From the NCBI GenBank assembly GCA_964577395.1, contig CAZNYQ010000013.1:6409-70408 (forward strand): a stretch of DNA of 64,000 nucleotides, read 5' to 3'. Each line of letters starts with the position of its first letter. The stretch's first letter is position 1. Shown here piece after piece: positions 19,953 to 29,377 of this stretch. A program made the position numbers and the translations under genes. Below the pieces are notes generated by a model that ran no database searches, was not told the origin of the DNA, and saw only the letters and a program-made list of their open reading frames with translations. This DNA comes from an uncultured Candidatus Saccharibacteria bacterium (GTDB lineage Bacteria > Patescibacteriota > Minisyncoccia > JBAYJV01).

Positions 19953-20026
19953 TGGGCGCTAGAGGATTCGAACCTCTGACCTTGTGAATGTAAGTCACAC
20001 GCTCTAACCAACTGAGCTAAGCGCCC
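19953..20026 (-). tRNA. tRNA-Val(TAC)
   Basis: Cloverleaf GGGCGCT..TGTGA CTTACAT TCACA..GGTTCGAATCC; CCA not encoded. Confidence 0.93.
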
Positions 20027-20129
20027 TAACTTTTATCAATTTATCATCTTCAGTTGCAAAATTCAAGATTTAACTGTATTTAGAAAAATTTTTTGTTAAA
20101 ATAGAATAATAACTTTTAATTTTATACAT

Positions 20130-21095
20130 ATGTTTGATGTTATAACAATTGGTACTGCTACCCAAGATGTTTTTTTACAATCGAATCATTTCAAAATTAG
20201 GAAGGATCTTAATTTTCCTTCAGGTAAGTCAATAGCTTTTGAAGCAGGAGCTAAAACAGAAATTAAGAATTTAATCCTTGAAACAGGTGGAGGAGCTACT
20301 AATAGTGCTGTTACCTTTGCTAGGTTAGGATTAAGAACAGCAAGTTGTTTTAGAGTAGGGCATGATAAGAGAGGGCAAGATATTACTAAACAGCTTAAAA
20401 AAGAAGGTGTAAGCAAAAAATTTATCCAGAAAAGTGTAGATGAAGACACAAGCCTATCTATAGTTTTCCTGGCCATGGGAGGAGAAAGAAATATTTTTGT
20501 CTACAGGGGAGCCTTGCTTAAAGAAGATTTTCTTCATCTATCTAAATTAAAAACAAAGTGGTTTTATGTTTCATCTGTAGGAGGTAATATTAAATTACTT
20601 GAAAAAGTTGCTCAGTTTGCTAAGAGAAAAAATATTCATCTTGCTCTTAATCCAGGCAGCGAGGAACTTAATTTAGGAAGAAAGAAGTTATTAAAGATCT
20701 TTAATCAAACTGATATTCTAATTTTAAATAGAAATGAAGCATCAAAATTAATGAATATATCATATAATTTTCAGAAGACGATCTTTAGGAAAGCATGTGG
20801 CATTACACCTGGTATAGAAGTAATCACAGACGGAAAAGATGGTGCTTATGTAGCAGAAGAGAACAGAGGATATAGGATCGGTATTTATGACTGGCCTTTG
20901 ATTGACAGATTAGGGGCAGGGGATGCTTTTGGATCTGGATTTGTAGGTGGGTACATTAAATATGGCAGTATAGAAAAAGCTCTTCAGTACGCTGCTGCTA
21001 ATGCCTCTTCGGTAGTTGGGAAAATTGGTGCTAAAGAAGGTATTATTAAAGAATTTCCTGCAAAACCACTGCCTGTAAAGATAGTTACGTTTTAA
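20130..21095 (+). CDS. PfkB family carbohydrate kinase
   Basis: GGGATNSAV, NRNEA, DRLGAGDAFGSGF. Confidence 0.9.
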   Translation: MFDVITIGTATQDVFLQSNHFKIRKDLNFPSGKSIAFEAGAKTEIKNLILETGGGATNSAVTFARLGLRTASCFRVGHDKRGQDITKQLKKEGVSKKFIQKSVDEDTSLSIVFLAMGGERNIFVYRGALLKEDFLHLSKLKTKWFYVSSVGGNIKLLEKVAQFAKRKNIHLALNPGSEELNLGRKKLLKIFNQTDILILNRNEASKLMNISYNFQKTIFRKACGITPGIEVITDGKDGAYVAEENRGYRIGIYDWPLIDRLGAGDAFGSGFVGGYIKYGSIEKALQYAAANASSVVGKIGAKEGIIKEFPAKPLPVKIVTF

Positions 21096-21105
21096 TTGAG
21101 CGATT

Positions 21106-21141
21106 AAAAAAACTTTCTGCAAAGCTCACAGAAAGTTTTTT
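21106..21141. terminator. bidirectional intrinsic terminator
   Basis: AAAAAAACTTTCTG..CAGAAAGTTTTTT between convergent genes. Confidence 0.75.
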
Positions 21142-21149
21142 AATATATT

Positions 21150-21434
21150 TTATTGAATAAAGTCGATTTCTTTTTGAGACAGACAGTAATTTAGACAATG
21201 AGATTGTTGAGGAAAGTCTCTGTCTTCTTCAGTAAACTTAGTATCGTACCCCCATGGTCTATACTCCCAAAGTTCACTGTTTTTATTGTAATAACAAGCT
21301 CTATAACATTCTCGCGTAAAGTCTTTATGATAACTTAATTTAATAAGCACCATGGCTATTAAAGTACTTATTACAATAATAAGAACGCCGACTAAAATTC
21401 CTAAGAGAATTTTTTTATTACTCATTTTTAACAA
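21150..21434 (-). CDS. small membrane-anchored hypothetical protein with two CxxxC motifs
   Basis: N-terminal TM; CYRAC and CLNYC. Confidence 0.7.
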   Translation of the reverse strand: MLKMSNKKILLGILVGVLIIVISTLIAMVLIKLSYHKDFTRECYRACYYNKNSELWEYRPWGYDTKFTEEDRDFPQQSHCLNYCLSQKEIDFIQ

Positions 21435-21455
21435 TTAATAAATGAGATTAAAAAC

Positions 21456-22436
21456 TTATTCACAAGTTGCGTCACTAGTAGTTTCTGTATTTTCTAGAAT
21501 TTCATTACAAGCTTCGGGAGCTTCCTTAAAAGCGCTACATAAAGCTTCTTGATAAGCAGCAGCAGATCGTTCTCCATCATAAATTATATCATTAATAACT
21601 AAAGTTGGGGAACCTGTTACAATAGCTTTTTCTTTATTATTATGTGATGCGGGATTTTGGACAAGATATTCTTTATTAGTAAGAGAAACTTCTTTTTCTA
21701 GGATGTCTAATGCTTCTTCTTCTTGGCATTGCTTAACTTGATCTATATCGAGATCTAATTCTTGAGCAACAGCTTCCCATTTTTCATCAGCATTTTCACT
21801 AGTTGTTTCTTCATTCATTTTAAGAACGAAATCCCATAATTTTTCAGGTTGATATTTTTGAACACAAAGTTCTCTAATACCTTGATTAACCTCCTGAATA
21901 CCATGCATAGAGCAATATTTGTTTTCCTCATCAAAACAATAATCAGGATATCCTGAGGCATAATTGTCGTAGAAAACATAATGAAGTTCAATATCGCTTT
22001 TTTCGCCCAAAAGACTAACAACTGGTGCCATAATATCCTCAGCTTGGTTTCCAAAAGGACAATAAGCCATAACGAACAAGTCAACAGAAGGTTTAACTTG
22101 TTTAGTAATTGCTTTTGGTTCCGGAGGAGTGAGATCTACTACCTGAGGGAAAAGATATTCTCCATCTAAAGTTGCATAGGATTCGTATTCTTGCCCCATA
22201 ACATCCAATGTTAATTTATATAAAGATCCTTCTTTAATGATTTCTTTAACGGAAACCTCATCAGAACTGCCAATATCTTTAGCTATAATATCGACAATTT
22301 TTTTACTGAGATCTTCTTTAGTAATAGTAGGAAAACCGCCTGCTTGGTAAAAATTTTGATAAATAATTACAGCCAACAGAGCTAAAATAATTCCTCCTAA
22401 ATAGAGAGCTAGTGAATTCTTATTTTTTTTAGCCAT
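21456..22436 (-). CDS. exported thioredoxin-fold (DsbA/GILT-like) protein
   Basis: N-terminal TM; FVMAYCPFG; CSMHG..E; GSPT cis-Pro loop. Confidence 0.75.
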   Translation of the reverse strand: MAKKNKNSLALYLGGIILALLAVIIYQNFYQAGGFPTITKEDLSKKIVDIIAKDIGSSDEVSVKEIIKEGSLYKLTLDVMGQEYESYATLDGEYLFPQVVDLTPPEPKAITKQVKPSVDLFVMAYCPFGNQAEDIMAPVVSLLGEKSDIELHYVFYDNYASGYPDYCFDEENKYCSMHGIQEVNQGIRELCVQKYQPEKLWDFVLKMNEETTSENADEKWEAVAQELDLDIDQVKQCQEEEALDILEKEVSLTNKEYLVQNPASHNNKEKAIVTGSPTLVINDIIYDGERSAAAYQEALCSAFKEAPEACNEILENTETTSDATCE

Positions 22437-22489
22437 AAGATTATATATAATTTACAATTAAGATTCCTCCCGCAATAATTATACGAGAG

Positions 22490-22574
22490 TGCCCAGGACA
22501 GGACTTGAACCTGCACGCTCATGAAGAGCCATGGCCCTCAACCATGCGCGTATACCAAATTCCGCCACCTGGGC
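22490..22574 (-). tRNA. tRNA-Leu(GAG)
   Basis: 85-nt type II cloverleaf; CATGG TTGAGGG CCATG anticodon arm; long variable arm. Confidence 0.93.
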
Positions 22575-22578
22575 ATTT

Positions 22579-22968
22579 TTATTTCTTTTTTTTAGAATTT
22601 TTTTTATTGTTAATTTGCGTGAATTTTAACTTACGTTGAATTTCTCTATCTGTTTTATGACGTACCCAATATATCTTTGATTTCGATATCTTAGTAGCTC
22701 TTTTTAGAACTTCTATCTTCTTGATAGTGGGGGAGTGCAAGGAAAAGATTTTTTCTGTTCCGATACCAGCTATCTTAGTTCTTACTGTAAAAGTAGCGCC
22801 AATTTCTGAGCCATGCTTTTTGGCAATTACTAAACCTTCAAAAGGCTGAATACGTTTTTTTCCGCCTTCTTCAATTTCTTGGTGAACTTTTACAATATCA
22901 CCGACTCTGAAATCAGTTAAATCTGACTTTTTATATTTTTCTAAAAATTGTATTATATCTTTTGACAT
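22579..22968 (-). CDS. rplS: 50S ribosomal protein L19
   Basis: FRVGDIVKVH..I.EG.K.RIQ.FEGLVI..TFTVR..G.EKIF.LHSP. Confidence 0.95.
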   Translation of the reverse strand: MSKDIIQFLEKYKKSDLTDFRVGDIVKVHQEIEEGGKKRIQPFEGLVIAKKHGSEIGATFTVRTKIAGIGTEKIFSLHSPTIKKIEVLKRATKISKSKIYWVRHKTDREIQRKLKFTQINNKKNSKKKK

Positions 22969-23678
22969 TTTCTTAATTTGGATAAAAAGTTTTTTAAATC
23001 TTGAGGGAGAGGAGAATAAAATTCATAATAACGGTTCTTGAACTTAAATGCAAGTTTTTCTGCATGAAGGAATGTCCTTGTAAGGTTAGTTTCTTGTTTT
23101 GACTTGATCTTGTAAATCGGATCTCCTACTAGGGGGTAGTTAATAGAAAAGAATTGTGATCTAATTTGATGAGTTCTGCCTGTCTTGATTTGCACCTCAA
23201 GTAATGTGTAGTCATATTCTTTTATATCTTTATATCTTTGTACAACCTTATAATATGTTTTAGCTTCTTTAGTTTTAACGCTGTTCTTAGGTCTTGGCAG
23301 AGTAATTCTTTTACGAGGATCTTTATTAGATCTAGCTATATATGTTTTAAAGCTACCCTTGTCCTGCTTAATTCTTCCAAAGACAAGTGCTTTATATATC
23401 TTTTTAATTTTTCTTTTTTTAAAAAGTTCTTTAAATTTTATAAAAGCAACTTGTTTTTTAACAATAATCAACAATCCTGACGTATCTCTATCGAGTCTAT
23501 GGACTATTCCTGGCCTTAAAGTATTTTCTCCAACATCCTTAATAAATGGATATCTTTTCAATAATTCATCAATTAAACTAATTTCTTTTTTGTTTGTATT
23601 GCTTGGATGAACTAAGATTTTTGCAGGCTTGTTTAATATAACAAAATCTTCGTTTTCAAAGATAATATCGAGGAGCAT
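22953..23678 (-). CDS. RluA family pseudouridine synthase (no S4 domain)
   Basis: NKPA, HRLDRDTSG, TGRTHQIR, LVGDPIY, LHA. Confidence 0.93.
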   Translation of the reverse strand: MLLDIIFENEDFVILNKPAKILVHPSNTNKKEISLIDELLKRYPFIKDVGENTLRPGIVHRLDRDTSGLLIIVKKQVAFIKFKELFKKRKIKKIYKALVFGRIKQDKGSFKTYIARSNKDPRKRITLPRPKNSVKTKEAKTYYKVVQRYKDIKEYDYTLLEVQIKTGRTHQIRSQFFSINYPLVGDPIYKIKSKQETNLTRTFLHAEKLAFKFKNRYYEFYSPLPQDLKNFLSKLRKCQKI

Positions 23679-23785
23679 GACAACTTTGAGTTAAATTTTA
23701 ACTTTTTCTAAGTGAAGACAGCTAAATTTAAACTAGAAACTTTAATTTATATTTAATTTTTTTGAAACTTATAAACCAAGATCTT

Positions 23786-23859
23786 TGGGCATACCTGGAC
23801 TTGAACCAGGGACCTCGACTTTATAAGAGTCGCGCTCTGACCAACTGAGCTATATGCCC
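23786..23859 (-). tRNA. tRNA-Ile(TAT), UAU anticodon
   Basis: GGGCATA..CGACT CTTATAA AGTCG..GGTTCAAGTCC..TATGCCCA; anticodon TAT at 23825-23823. Confidence 0.9.
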
Positions 23860-23931
23860 CTAGTAAAAATAATACTAATAATCAGTTAACTTGAATTATG
23901 TAATTTTTTAAAACGAATAATCTAAACAATA

Positions 23932-24005
23932 TGGGCTCGACAGGACTTGAACCTGTGACCTTCTCAATGTCACTGAGACGCTCTAGCCGACTGAGCTACG
24001 AGCCC
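23932..24005 (-). tRNA. tRNA-Val(GAC)
   Basis: GGGCTCG..TCTCA GTGACAT TGAGA..GGTTCAAGTCC. Confidence 0.9.
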
Positions 24006-24012
24006 ATAATTA

Positions 24013-24086
24013 TGCCCCTGGCACGATTTGAACGTGCAACCTAAGCGTTAGGAGTGCTTCGCTCTATCCATTTGAGCTACAGGGGC
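24013..24086 (-). tRNA. tRNA-Arg(CCT)
   Basis: GCCCCTG..AAGCA CTCCTAA CGCTT..GTTCAAATC..CAGGGGCA. Confidence 0.9.
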
Positions 24087-24111
24087 TTTACGAGATAAGT
24101 TTATTGACTTG

Positions 24112-24750
24112 CTAAGGCTTTAATAAGATTAGCTCTGTTTTTTCTTCATTTTTCTTTGTAGTAGTTTTTTTAAATTTGAACTTACTATGAATCTCATTAT
24201 TCTCCTTTTGCCCCATTTCTTTTATAAAATTCTGAGCATTATTTAGTTGAAAGGAATATTGTTTATTGACTTGATAGAACATTGGTATAACTATCTTTGG
24301 TTCTATTTGATGAACTAATTCGACTGCATTATCAGCAGAGAGAACAACATTACCGCCGATGGGAACTATTAGAATATCAGGGCTATTAAGATCTTCTAAT
24401 ATTTTTTCAACAGATGCTTTTTGTTTTACCATACCGAGATGGACTATTTTATAACCATCCCAGTCTAGTGAAAATATATTATTTCTTTTTCGCTCAGGTC
24501 CAATCGAAGAAATTATCTTAACAATAATATTACTTGCCTCATATTCACCTGGATATTGGAAACTATATAAGCTTTTGTCTAAAGTTTTTGAGTCATATTT
24601 TAAAAACGATGAACTTAGAAGACAAATATTTGCTTCAGATATATTTGTACTTTTAATACCGTATTCTTTTGATGATAAAGGGTCAATTATAACAGTTTTT
24701 TTATTATGTTTGAGAATAAAATAAGATAACCCTCGCCATTTAATAGTCAT
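24112..24750 (-). CDS. metallo-beta-lactamase-fold protein (Lactamase_B_3-like) with degenerate metal site
   Basis: IKWRGLSYF..IIDP, PGEYE, HLG, DILIVPIGG, EPKIVIPM; HxHxDH motif absent. Confidence 0.8.
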   Translation of the reverse strand: MTIKWRGLSYFILKHNKKTVIIDPLSSKEYGIKSTNISEANICLLSSSFLKYDSKTLDKSLYSFQYPGEYEASNIIVKIISSIGPERKRNNIFSLDWDGYKIVHLGMVKQKASVEKILEDLNSPDILIVPIGGNVVLSADNAVELVHQIEPKIVIPMFYQVNKQYSFQLNNAQNFIKEMGQKENNEIHSKFKFKKTTTKKNEEKTELILLKP

Positions 24751-24881
24751 GATATAAAATATTTTACAACGAAAAGACCTCTTTTCTGAAAGAAAAGATT
24801 TCTATTTATTATATTGTAATTATTTTAAAAAGCAAGGACTGTGATTCATTTTGAGAAATTTGATAAAAAACATCCGAAAAC

Positions 24882-24989
24882 TTGAAAAACATAAATTTTT
24901 CATTATAATGAAAAAACTATGTAATCATACTTATAAAATGTATATTATAATTATGGCGACATAGTTATTGAAAGGAGATATTTCTTTGC
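24882..24989 (+). promoter_or_regulatory. rpsA promoter and structured 5' leader
   Basis: TTGAAA-N16-TATAAT (24882-24909); GNRA hairpin ATAATTATG-GCGA-CATAGTTAT (24947-24968); SD-like AAAGGAG able to pair with TTCTTT. Confidence 0.6.
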
Positions 24990-26204
24990 ATGAATAATAA
25001 AAAAATAAAAGCTTCTACAAAAAAGAAAATAACTGATCAGCCAAATCAAGAAAATTTTTCTTTTATTAAGAAGGGTGAAATTGTTGAAGCAAGAGTTGTG
25101 AGCAAGGGGCGTAAAATTATTTATTTTGATCTTGGTCCTTATGGTTTAGGTATTTGTTATAAAAGCGAATTCTTTGATTTACCGCAAGACATGAAAGAAA
25201 TTCAAGAAGATAAACCTTCTTTGACTAAAGTTCTTAATCCGGAAAATCGCGATGGGTACGTTGAATTATCCTTAAGAAGAGCAGCAGAGGAAAAAAGTTG
25301 GGATTATATTCAGCATAAGATGGAGAGTGGTGAAGATATTACAGTAAGAGTCACAGGAGCTAATAGAGGTGGTTTACTAACTAGAGTAAGAAGTATTGAT
25401 GCATTTCTGCCAGCTTCTCAACTTTCTAAAGGTAATTATCCTGATTTTGGAGGAGATAAAGACAAAATCCTTAAAGAATTAAAGAATTTTATAGGTAAAG
25501 ATTTAAAAGTTAGAATTGTTGATATAGAAAAAGATGAAAAAAAACTTATTTTATCAGAAAGAGCAGACGAGATTGAAGAAATAAAAGAAAAGGTTCAAAA
25601 ATATGAAGTTGGAGATACTATTGAAGGTAAAATTTGTGGTATAGTTGATTATGGAGCATTTGTAGAATTTGGTAAGGGACTTGAAGGACTAGTTCATATT
25701 TCAGAAATTGATTGGCAATTAATTGATGATCCCCGCGATTATCTTAGTGTGGGAGACAAGATTAAAGCTAAAATTATTCGTCTTAAAGGCGATCAAGTTT
25801 CTTTGTCTGTTAAAGCCCTTAAGCGTGATCCCTGGCTTGACGTAAAAAAGAAATATAAAAGAGGTGATATCGTTAAAGCAGTAGTTGCAAAGATGAGTCC
25901 TCATGGAGTTTTTGTAAAATTAGACGAAAAAATTCAAGGATTAGTTCCAATTTCTAAAGTTCCCAGAAAAGGAAACACGCCTCTATTCGAAGAAGGTAAG
26001 GCATATAAATTTAAGATTTTTTCTTTGAATGTTTTAAGACATCGTATGGCTCTTGTACCAGCAAGAAATGAAGAAGTTAAGCCAGAGAAAAAGCAATCAA
26101 AGAATACTCATTCTGAAAAGAACACAACAAAAGTTCAAAAAGATAACAAGGCTATAAAAAAAACAGGCAAAAACTTAAAGAAAAACGGTTCTAAAGAAAA
26201 ATAG
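24990..26204 (+). CDS. rpsA: 30S ribosomal protein S1 (four S1 domains)
   Basis: ANRGGL..AFLPASQL, YGAFV..EGLVHISEI and HGVFV..QGLVPIS repeats. Confidence 0.9.
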   Translation: MNNKKIKASTKKKITDQPNQENFSFIKKGEIVEARVVSKGRKIIYFDLGPYGLGICYKSEFFDLPQDMKEIQEDKPSLTKVLNPENRDGYVELSLRRAAEEKSWDYIQHKMESGEDITVRVTGANRGGLLTRVRSIDAFLPASQLSKGNYPDFGGDKDKILKELKNFIGKDLKVRIVDIEKDEKKLILSERADEIEEIKEKVQKYEVGDTIEGKICGIVDYGAFVEFGKGLEGLVHISEIDWQLIDDPRDYLSVGDKIKAKIIRLKGDQVSLSVKALKRDPWLDVKKKYKRGDIVKAVVAKMSPHGVFVKLDEKIQGLVPISKVPRKGNTPLFEEGKAYKFKIFSLNVLRHRMALVPARNEEVKPEKKQSKNTHSEKNTTKVQKDNKAIKKTGKNLKKNGSKEK

Positions 26205-26241
26205 AAAACTGCTTAAGAAATAATTAACAATATATATTATT

Positions 26242-28101
26242 ATGAAAATTTGGCTAAAAAATTTTTTATTTATTTTATTTGCCTTAATTTTAATTTCAAG
26301 CTTATTTAGTTTATCTGAGCAAGATTACTTTAAAGAAATTGAAAAAGTTTCTCTTACTACCGTTGTTGAACAAATTAAGCAAGATCAAATAGAAAAAATT
26401 AATATCCAAGGCAATAAACTTGAAATAGAACTTACTGATGGAACACAAGAAGAAGCTAGCAAAGAAACAAACACTTCCCTTACTAATACTTTAAAGAATT
26501 TTGGTGTTTCAGAAAAAGATTTACAGGGCGTTGATATAACCGAGGAACAACCGAGCGATTTGTTAGTTTTTATGACCAATGTTCTGCCTATCTTATTGCC
26601 AATTCTCTTAATAGGATTTTTTATTTGGTTTATGCTGAAGCAAGCCAAAAGAGGGCAGTCACAGGTATTTACTTTTGGAAGCTCAAAAGCTAGATTATTT
26701 CATGGTCGTAAAGACAAAAAAGATGTGAGTTTTGATGAGGTTGGAGGATTGAAAGAAGTAAAAACAGAGTTAAATGAATTAGTAGATTTTCTAAAAAAGC
26801 CGAAGAAATTTTTGAAAATGGGGGCCAAAATACCTCGTGGTGTTCTTCTAGTAGGTCCGCCGGGTAGTGGAAAAACTTTAGTAGCACGAGCGGTTGCCAA
26901 TGAAGCAGGCGTGCCTTTCTTTACTATCTCGGGCTCTGAATTTGTCGAAATGTTTGTTGGAGTGGGAGCAGCTCGAGTAAGAGATACCTTTAAAATTGCT
27001 AAAAAACAGTCTCCTGCCATTCTTTTTATAGATGAATTGGATGCTATCGGAAGACATCGAGGAGCTGGCCTGGGAGGTGGTCATGATGAGAGAGAACAAA
27101 CATTGAATCAAATTTTAGTTGAAATGGATGGTTTTGACAAACAGACAAATGTTATTGTAATGGCTGCTACTAATCGACCTGATATTTTAGACCCGGCTCT
27201 TTTAAGACCGGGACGTTTTGACAGGAGAATAGTATTAGAAAATCCTGATATTCAAAGTAGGGAAAAAATATTGTCAATTCATGCAAAGGATAAGCCTCTT
27301 GCAAAGGGCGTTCAGCTGAAAATAGTAGCAGAAAGAACACCTGGTTTTTCAGGCGCTGACTTAGAAAATCTTTTAAATGAAGCTGCTATTTTAGCTGCGC
27401 GTAATAATAAGAAGACCATTAATCAGAATGATCTATTTGATTCTATTGAAAAAGTATTACTGGGTCCTGCGAGAGAAAGTAGAATTTTATCTAAAAAAGA
27501 GAAAAAAATATCTGCTTACCATGAAGCAGGACATGCTTTAGTGGCCGCTAAATTACCTAACACCGACCCAATTCATAAAATATCCATTGTTTCTCGAGGT
27601 ATGGCGGGAGGATACACCCTAAAACTTCCCACAGAAGATAAAAATTTTCACGCTAAATCTGAATTTATTTCAGACCTCTCAGTTCTCTTAGGTGGGTATA
27701 CGGCTGAAAAATTGATTTTTAAAGAAGTTACTACCGGTGCTTCAAGTGATTTACAGCGAGCAACTGATCTAGCAAGAAGCTTAATCACTAGATATGGTAT
27801 GAGTGAGAGCTTAGGACCAGTTACTTTTGGAAAAAGACAAGAGCTTGTTTTTCTTGGGAAAGAAATTCATGAAGATCGTAACTATTCTGAAGAAATAGCT
27901 GCTAAAATTGATGAAGAAATAAGTAATTTTATTCAAGAAGCATATAATAAGGCAGAAAAAGTTTTAAAGAATAACAAAAAGCTTTTAGAAAAAATCGCTC
28001 AACGACTTATTAAAAAAGAAAGCATTGAAAGAGAAGAATTTGAAGAGCTCATTGGTCGTAAGAAAAAGATAATTAGCAGGAAGGCTAAGGGCAAGAAGTA
28101 A
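26242..28101 (+). CDS. ftsH: ATP-dependent zinc metalloprotease FtsH
   Basis: Two TM helices, [26 protein letters not shown]. Confidence 0.97.
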   Translation: MKIWLKNFLFILFALILISSLFSLSEQDYFKEIEKVSLTTVVEQIKQDQIEKINIQGNKLEIELTDGTQEEASKETNTSLTNTLKNFGVSEKDLQGVDITEEQPSDLLVFMTNVLPILLPILLIGFFIWFMLKQAKRGQSQVFTFGSSKARLFHGRKDKKDVSFDEVGGLKEVKTELNELVDFLKKPKKFLKMGAKIPRGVLLVGPPGSGKTLVARAVANEAGVPFFTISGSEFVEMFVGVGAARVRDTFKIAKKQSPAILFIDELDAIGRHRGAGLGGGHDEREQTLNQILVEMDGFDKQTNVIVMAATNRPDILDPALLRPGRFDRRIVLENPDIQSREKILSIHAKDKPLAKGVQLKIVAERTPGFSGADLENLLNEAAILAARNNKKTINQNDLFDSIEKVLLGPARESRILSKKEKKISAYHEAGHALVAAKLPNTDPIHKISIVSRGMAGGYTLKLPTEDKNFHAKSEFISDLSVLLGGYTAEKLIFKEVTTGASSDLQRATDLARSLITRYGMSESLGPVTFGKRQELVFLGKEIHEDRNYSEEIAAKIDEEISNFIQEAYNKAEKVLKNNKKLLEKIAQRLIKKESIEREEFEELIGRKKKIISRKAKGKK

Positions 28102-28107
28102 TATATT

Positions 28108-28181
28108 GCCCCTGTAGCTCAAATGGATAGAGCAACTCCCTTCTAAGGAGTAGGTTGCACGTTCGAGTCGTGCCAGGGGCG
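28108..28181 (+). tRNA. tRNA-Arg(TCT)
   Basis: GCCCCTG..ACTCC CTTCTAA GGAGT..GTTCGAGTC..CAGGGGCG. Confidence 0.93.
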
Positions 28182-28189
28182 TTTCAAAA

Positions 28190-28262
28190 GGGTGCGTAGC
28201 TCAATCGGTAGAGCAGGGGCCTCTTAAGCCCAAGGTTGGGGGTTCGATTCCCTTCGCACCCA
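28190..28262 (+). tRNA. tRNA-Lys(CTT)
   Basis: GGGTGCG..GGGC CTCTTAA GCCC..GGTTCGATTCC..CGCACCCA. Confidence 0.92.
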
Positions 28263-28286
28263 TAGAATATATAGTATATATGTATC

Positions 28287-28319
28287 AAAAAAGATTTATG
28301 GATAACATAAATCTTTTTT
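28287..28319. terminator. bidirectional terminator (tRNA-Lys/xer)
   Basis: AAAAAAGATTTATG-GATAA-CATAAATCTTTTTT. Confidence 0.75.
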
Positions 28320-28329
28320 ATTAAAAAAA

Positions 28330-29274
28330 TTATTTCTTTTTATGATGATATTGTTCGTGAATTTTTTTTAGATTTTGATCAGTAATGTGAGTATAAATTT
28401 GAGTAGTAGATACATTAGCGTGTCCTAAAAGAGCCTGAACAGAGCGGAGGTCAGCACCTCCCGCTAAAAGATCTGTTGCGAACGAGTGTCTTAATGTATG
28501 TGGAGTAATTTTTTTAGTAATGCCAGCAGCTGTTGACCATTTTCTAACGATTCTTTGGATCGATCTCGGAGTAAGTCGGAGGTTATCGCTACCTCCTATT
28601 TTTTTAATTCTAACGAATAATGCCAAGTCAACATCTTTGCGTTTATTAAGATATGTTTTTAAGGCAGCCTTAGCATTATCTGATAAAAATACTACCCTTA
28701 CTTTTCCGCCCTTGCCTTTAATGCTTAATTCGCAAGTTTCAAAGTTAATTTTCTCTCTATCTAATTTACATAATTCAGATACTCGCAAGCCTGTGCTAAA
28801 AAGCATTTCTAAAATTGCTTTGTCCCTTAAACAGCTTAAATCAGTTTTTTTGCTCTTAAGAGGTGCTTTTAATAATCTTTCGATCTCTTGACTATTAAGT
28901 ATCTCAATTTCTTTCTCTGTTTTTTTAGCAAGTTCAATTTTATCTGGTGATAGACTTTTAATATCTTGTTTAATTAAATAGCGCAGAAAGTTTCTTAGTG
29001 CAATTAAATGATAATTTTGGGTAACACGCTTTAAAGTATTATTATTTAGACGATTAAGATAGAGACGATATTGCCTAATAAGTTCTTGGTCTATTTCTTG
29101 AGGATTTTTAATATTTGCCCAGGTTAAAAAACGTTCTAAATAACGCTTATAATTCTCAAGAGTTTTTTTGCTAGCTCCTTTTTCAATTTCTAAATATTCA
29201 AAATATCTCTGCGCTATATTTCTAATGGGGGGTTTGGTATTTTGTTGATTCATAATAATTTTATTATACGACAT
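28330..29274 (-). CDS. XerC/XerD-type tyrosine recombinase
   Basis: SAM-like N-terminal domain; TGLRVSEL, GKGGK.R, HTLRHSFAT, LLGHA..TTQIY. Confidence 0.92.
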   Translation of the reverse strand: MSYNKIIMNQQNTKPPIRNIAQRYFEYLEIEKGASKKTLENYKRYLERFLTWANIKNPQEIDQELIRQYRLYLNRLNNNTLKRVTQNYHLIALRNFLRYLIKQDIKSLSPDKIELAKKTEKEIEILNSQEIERLLKAPLKSKKTDLSCLRDKAILEMLFSTGLRVSELCKLDREKINFETCELSIKGKGGKVRVVFLSDNAKAALKTYLNKRKDVDLALFVRIKKIGGSDNLRLTPRSIQRIVRKWSTAAGITKKITPHTLRHSFATDLLAGGADLRSVQALLGHANVSTTQIYTHITDQNLKKIHEQYHHKKK

Positions 29275-29377
29275 AATTTTTTAGTAGACAATAGTTTCTC
29301 TTGTTTTTTAAATAAAATGTGCTATCCTAATGTGTACAGGAATTTTATTCCTTATGTTTAATGTTTATTTAAAGATT

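Noticed and set aside
19953-28262. All seven tRNA genes lack an encoded CCA end
   Set aside because: Common in many bacteria and only implies a CCA-adding enzyme encoded elsewhere.
28255-28283. dif-like sequence TAGAATATATA next to the xer gene; partial dif-like matches also near 24928-24955 and 47286-47313
   Set aside because: Each has only one arm or the core, with poor arm match or spacing; such matches are expected by chance in very AT-rich DNA.
28108-29274. Integrase beside tRNAs suggesting a prophage or genomic island
   Set aside because: The protein looks like a housekeeping XerC/D, both flanks are core genes, and no duplicated tRNA 3' end (att site) was seen.
29330-29377. Longer 104-aa version of rpsO
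   Set aside because: S15 homology and typical length fit the ATG at 29378; the upstream part is better read as leader (small AGGAAT/ATTCCT hairpin).
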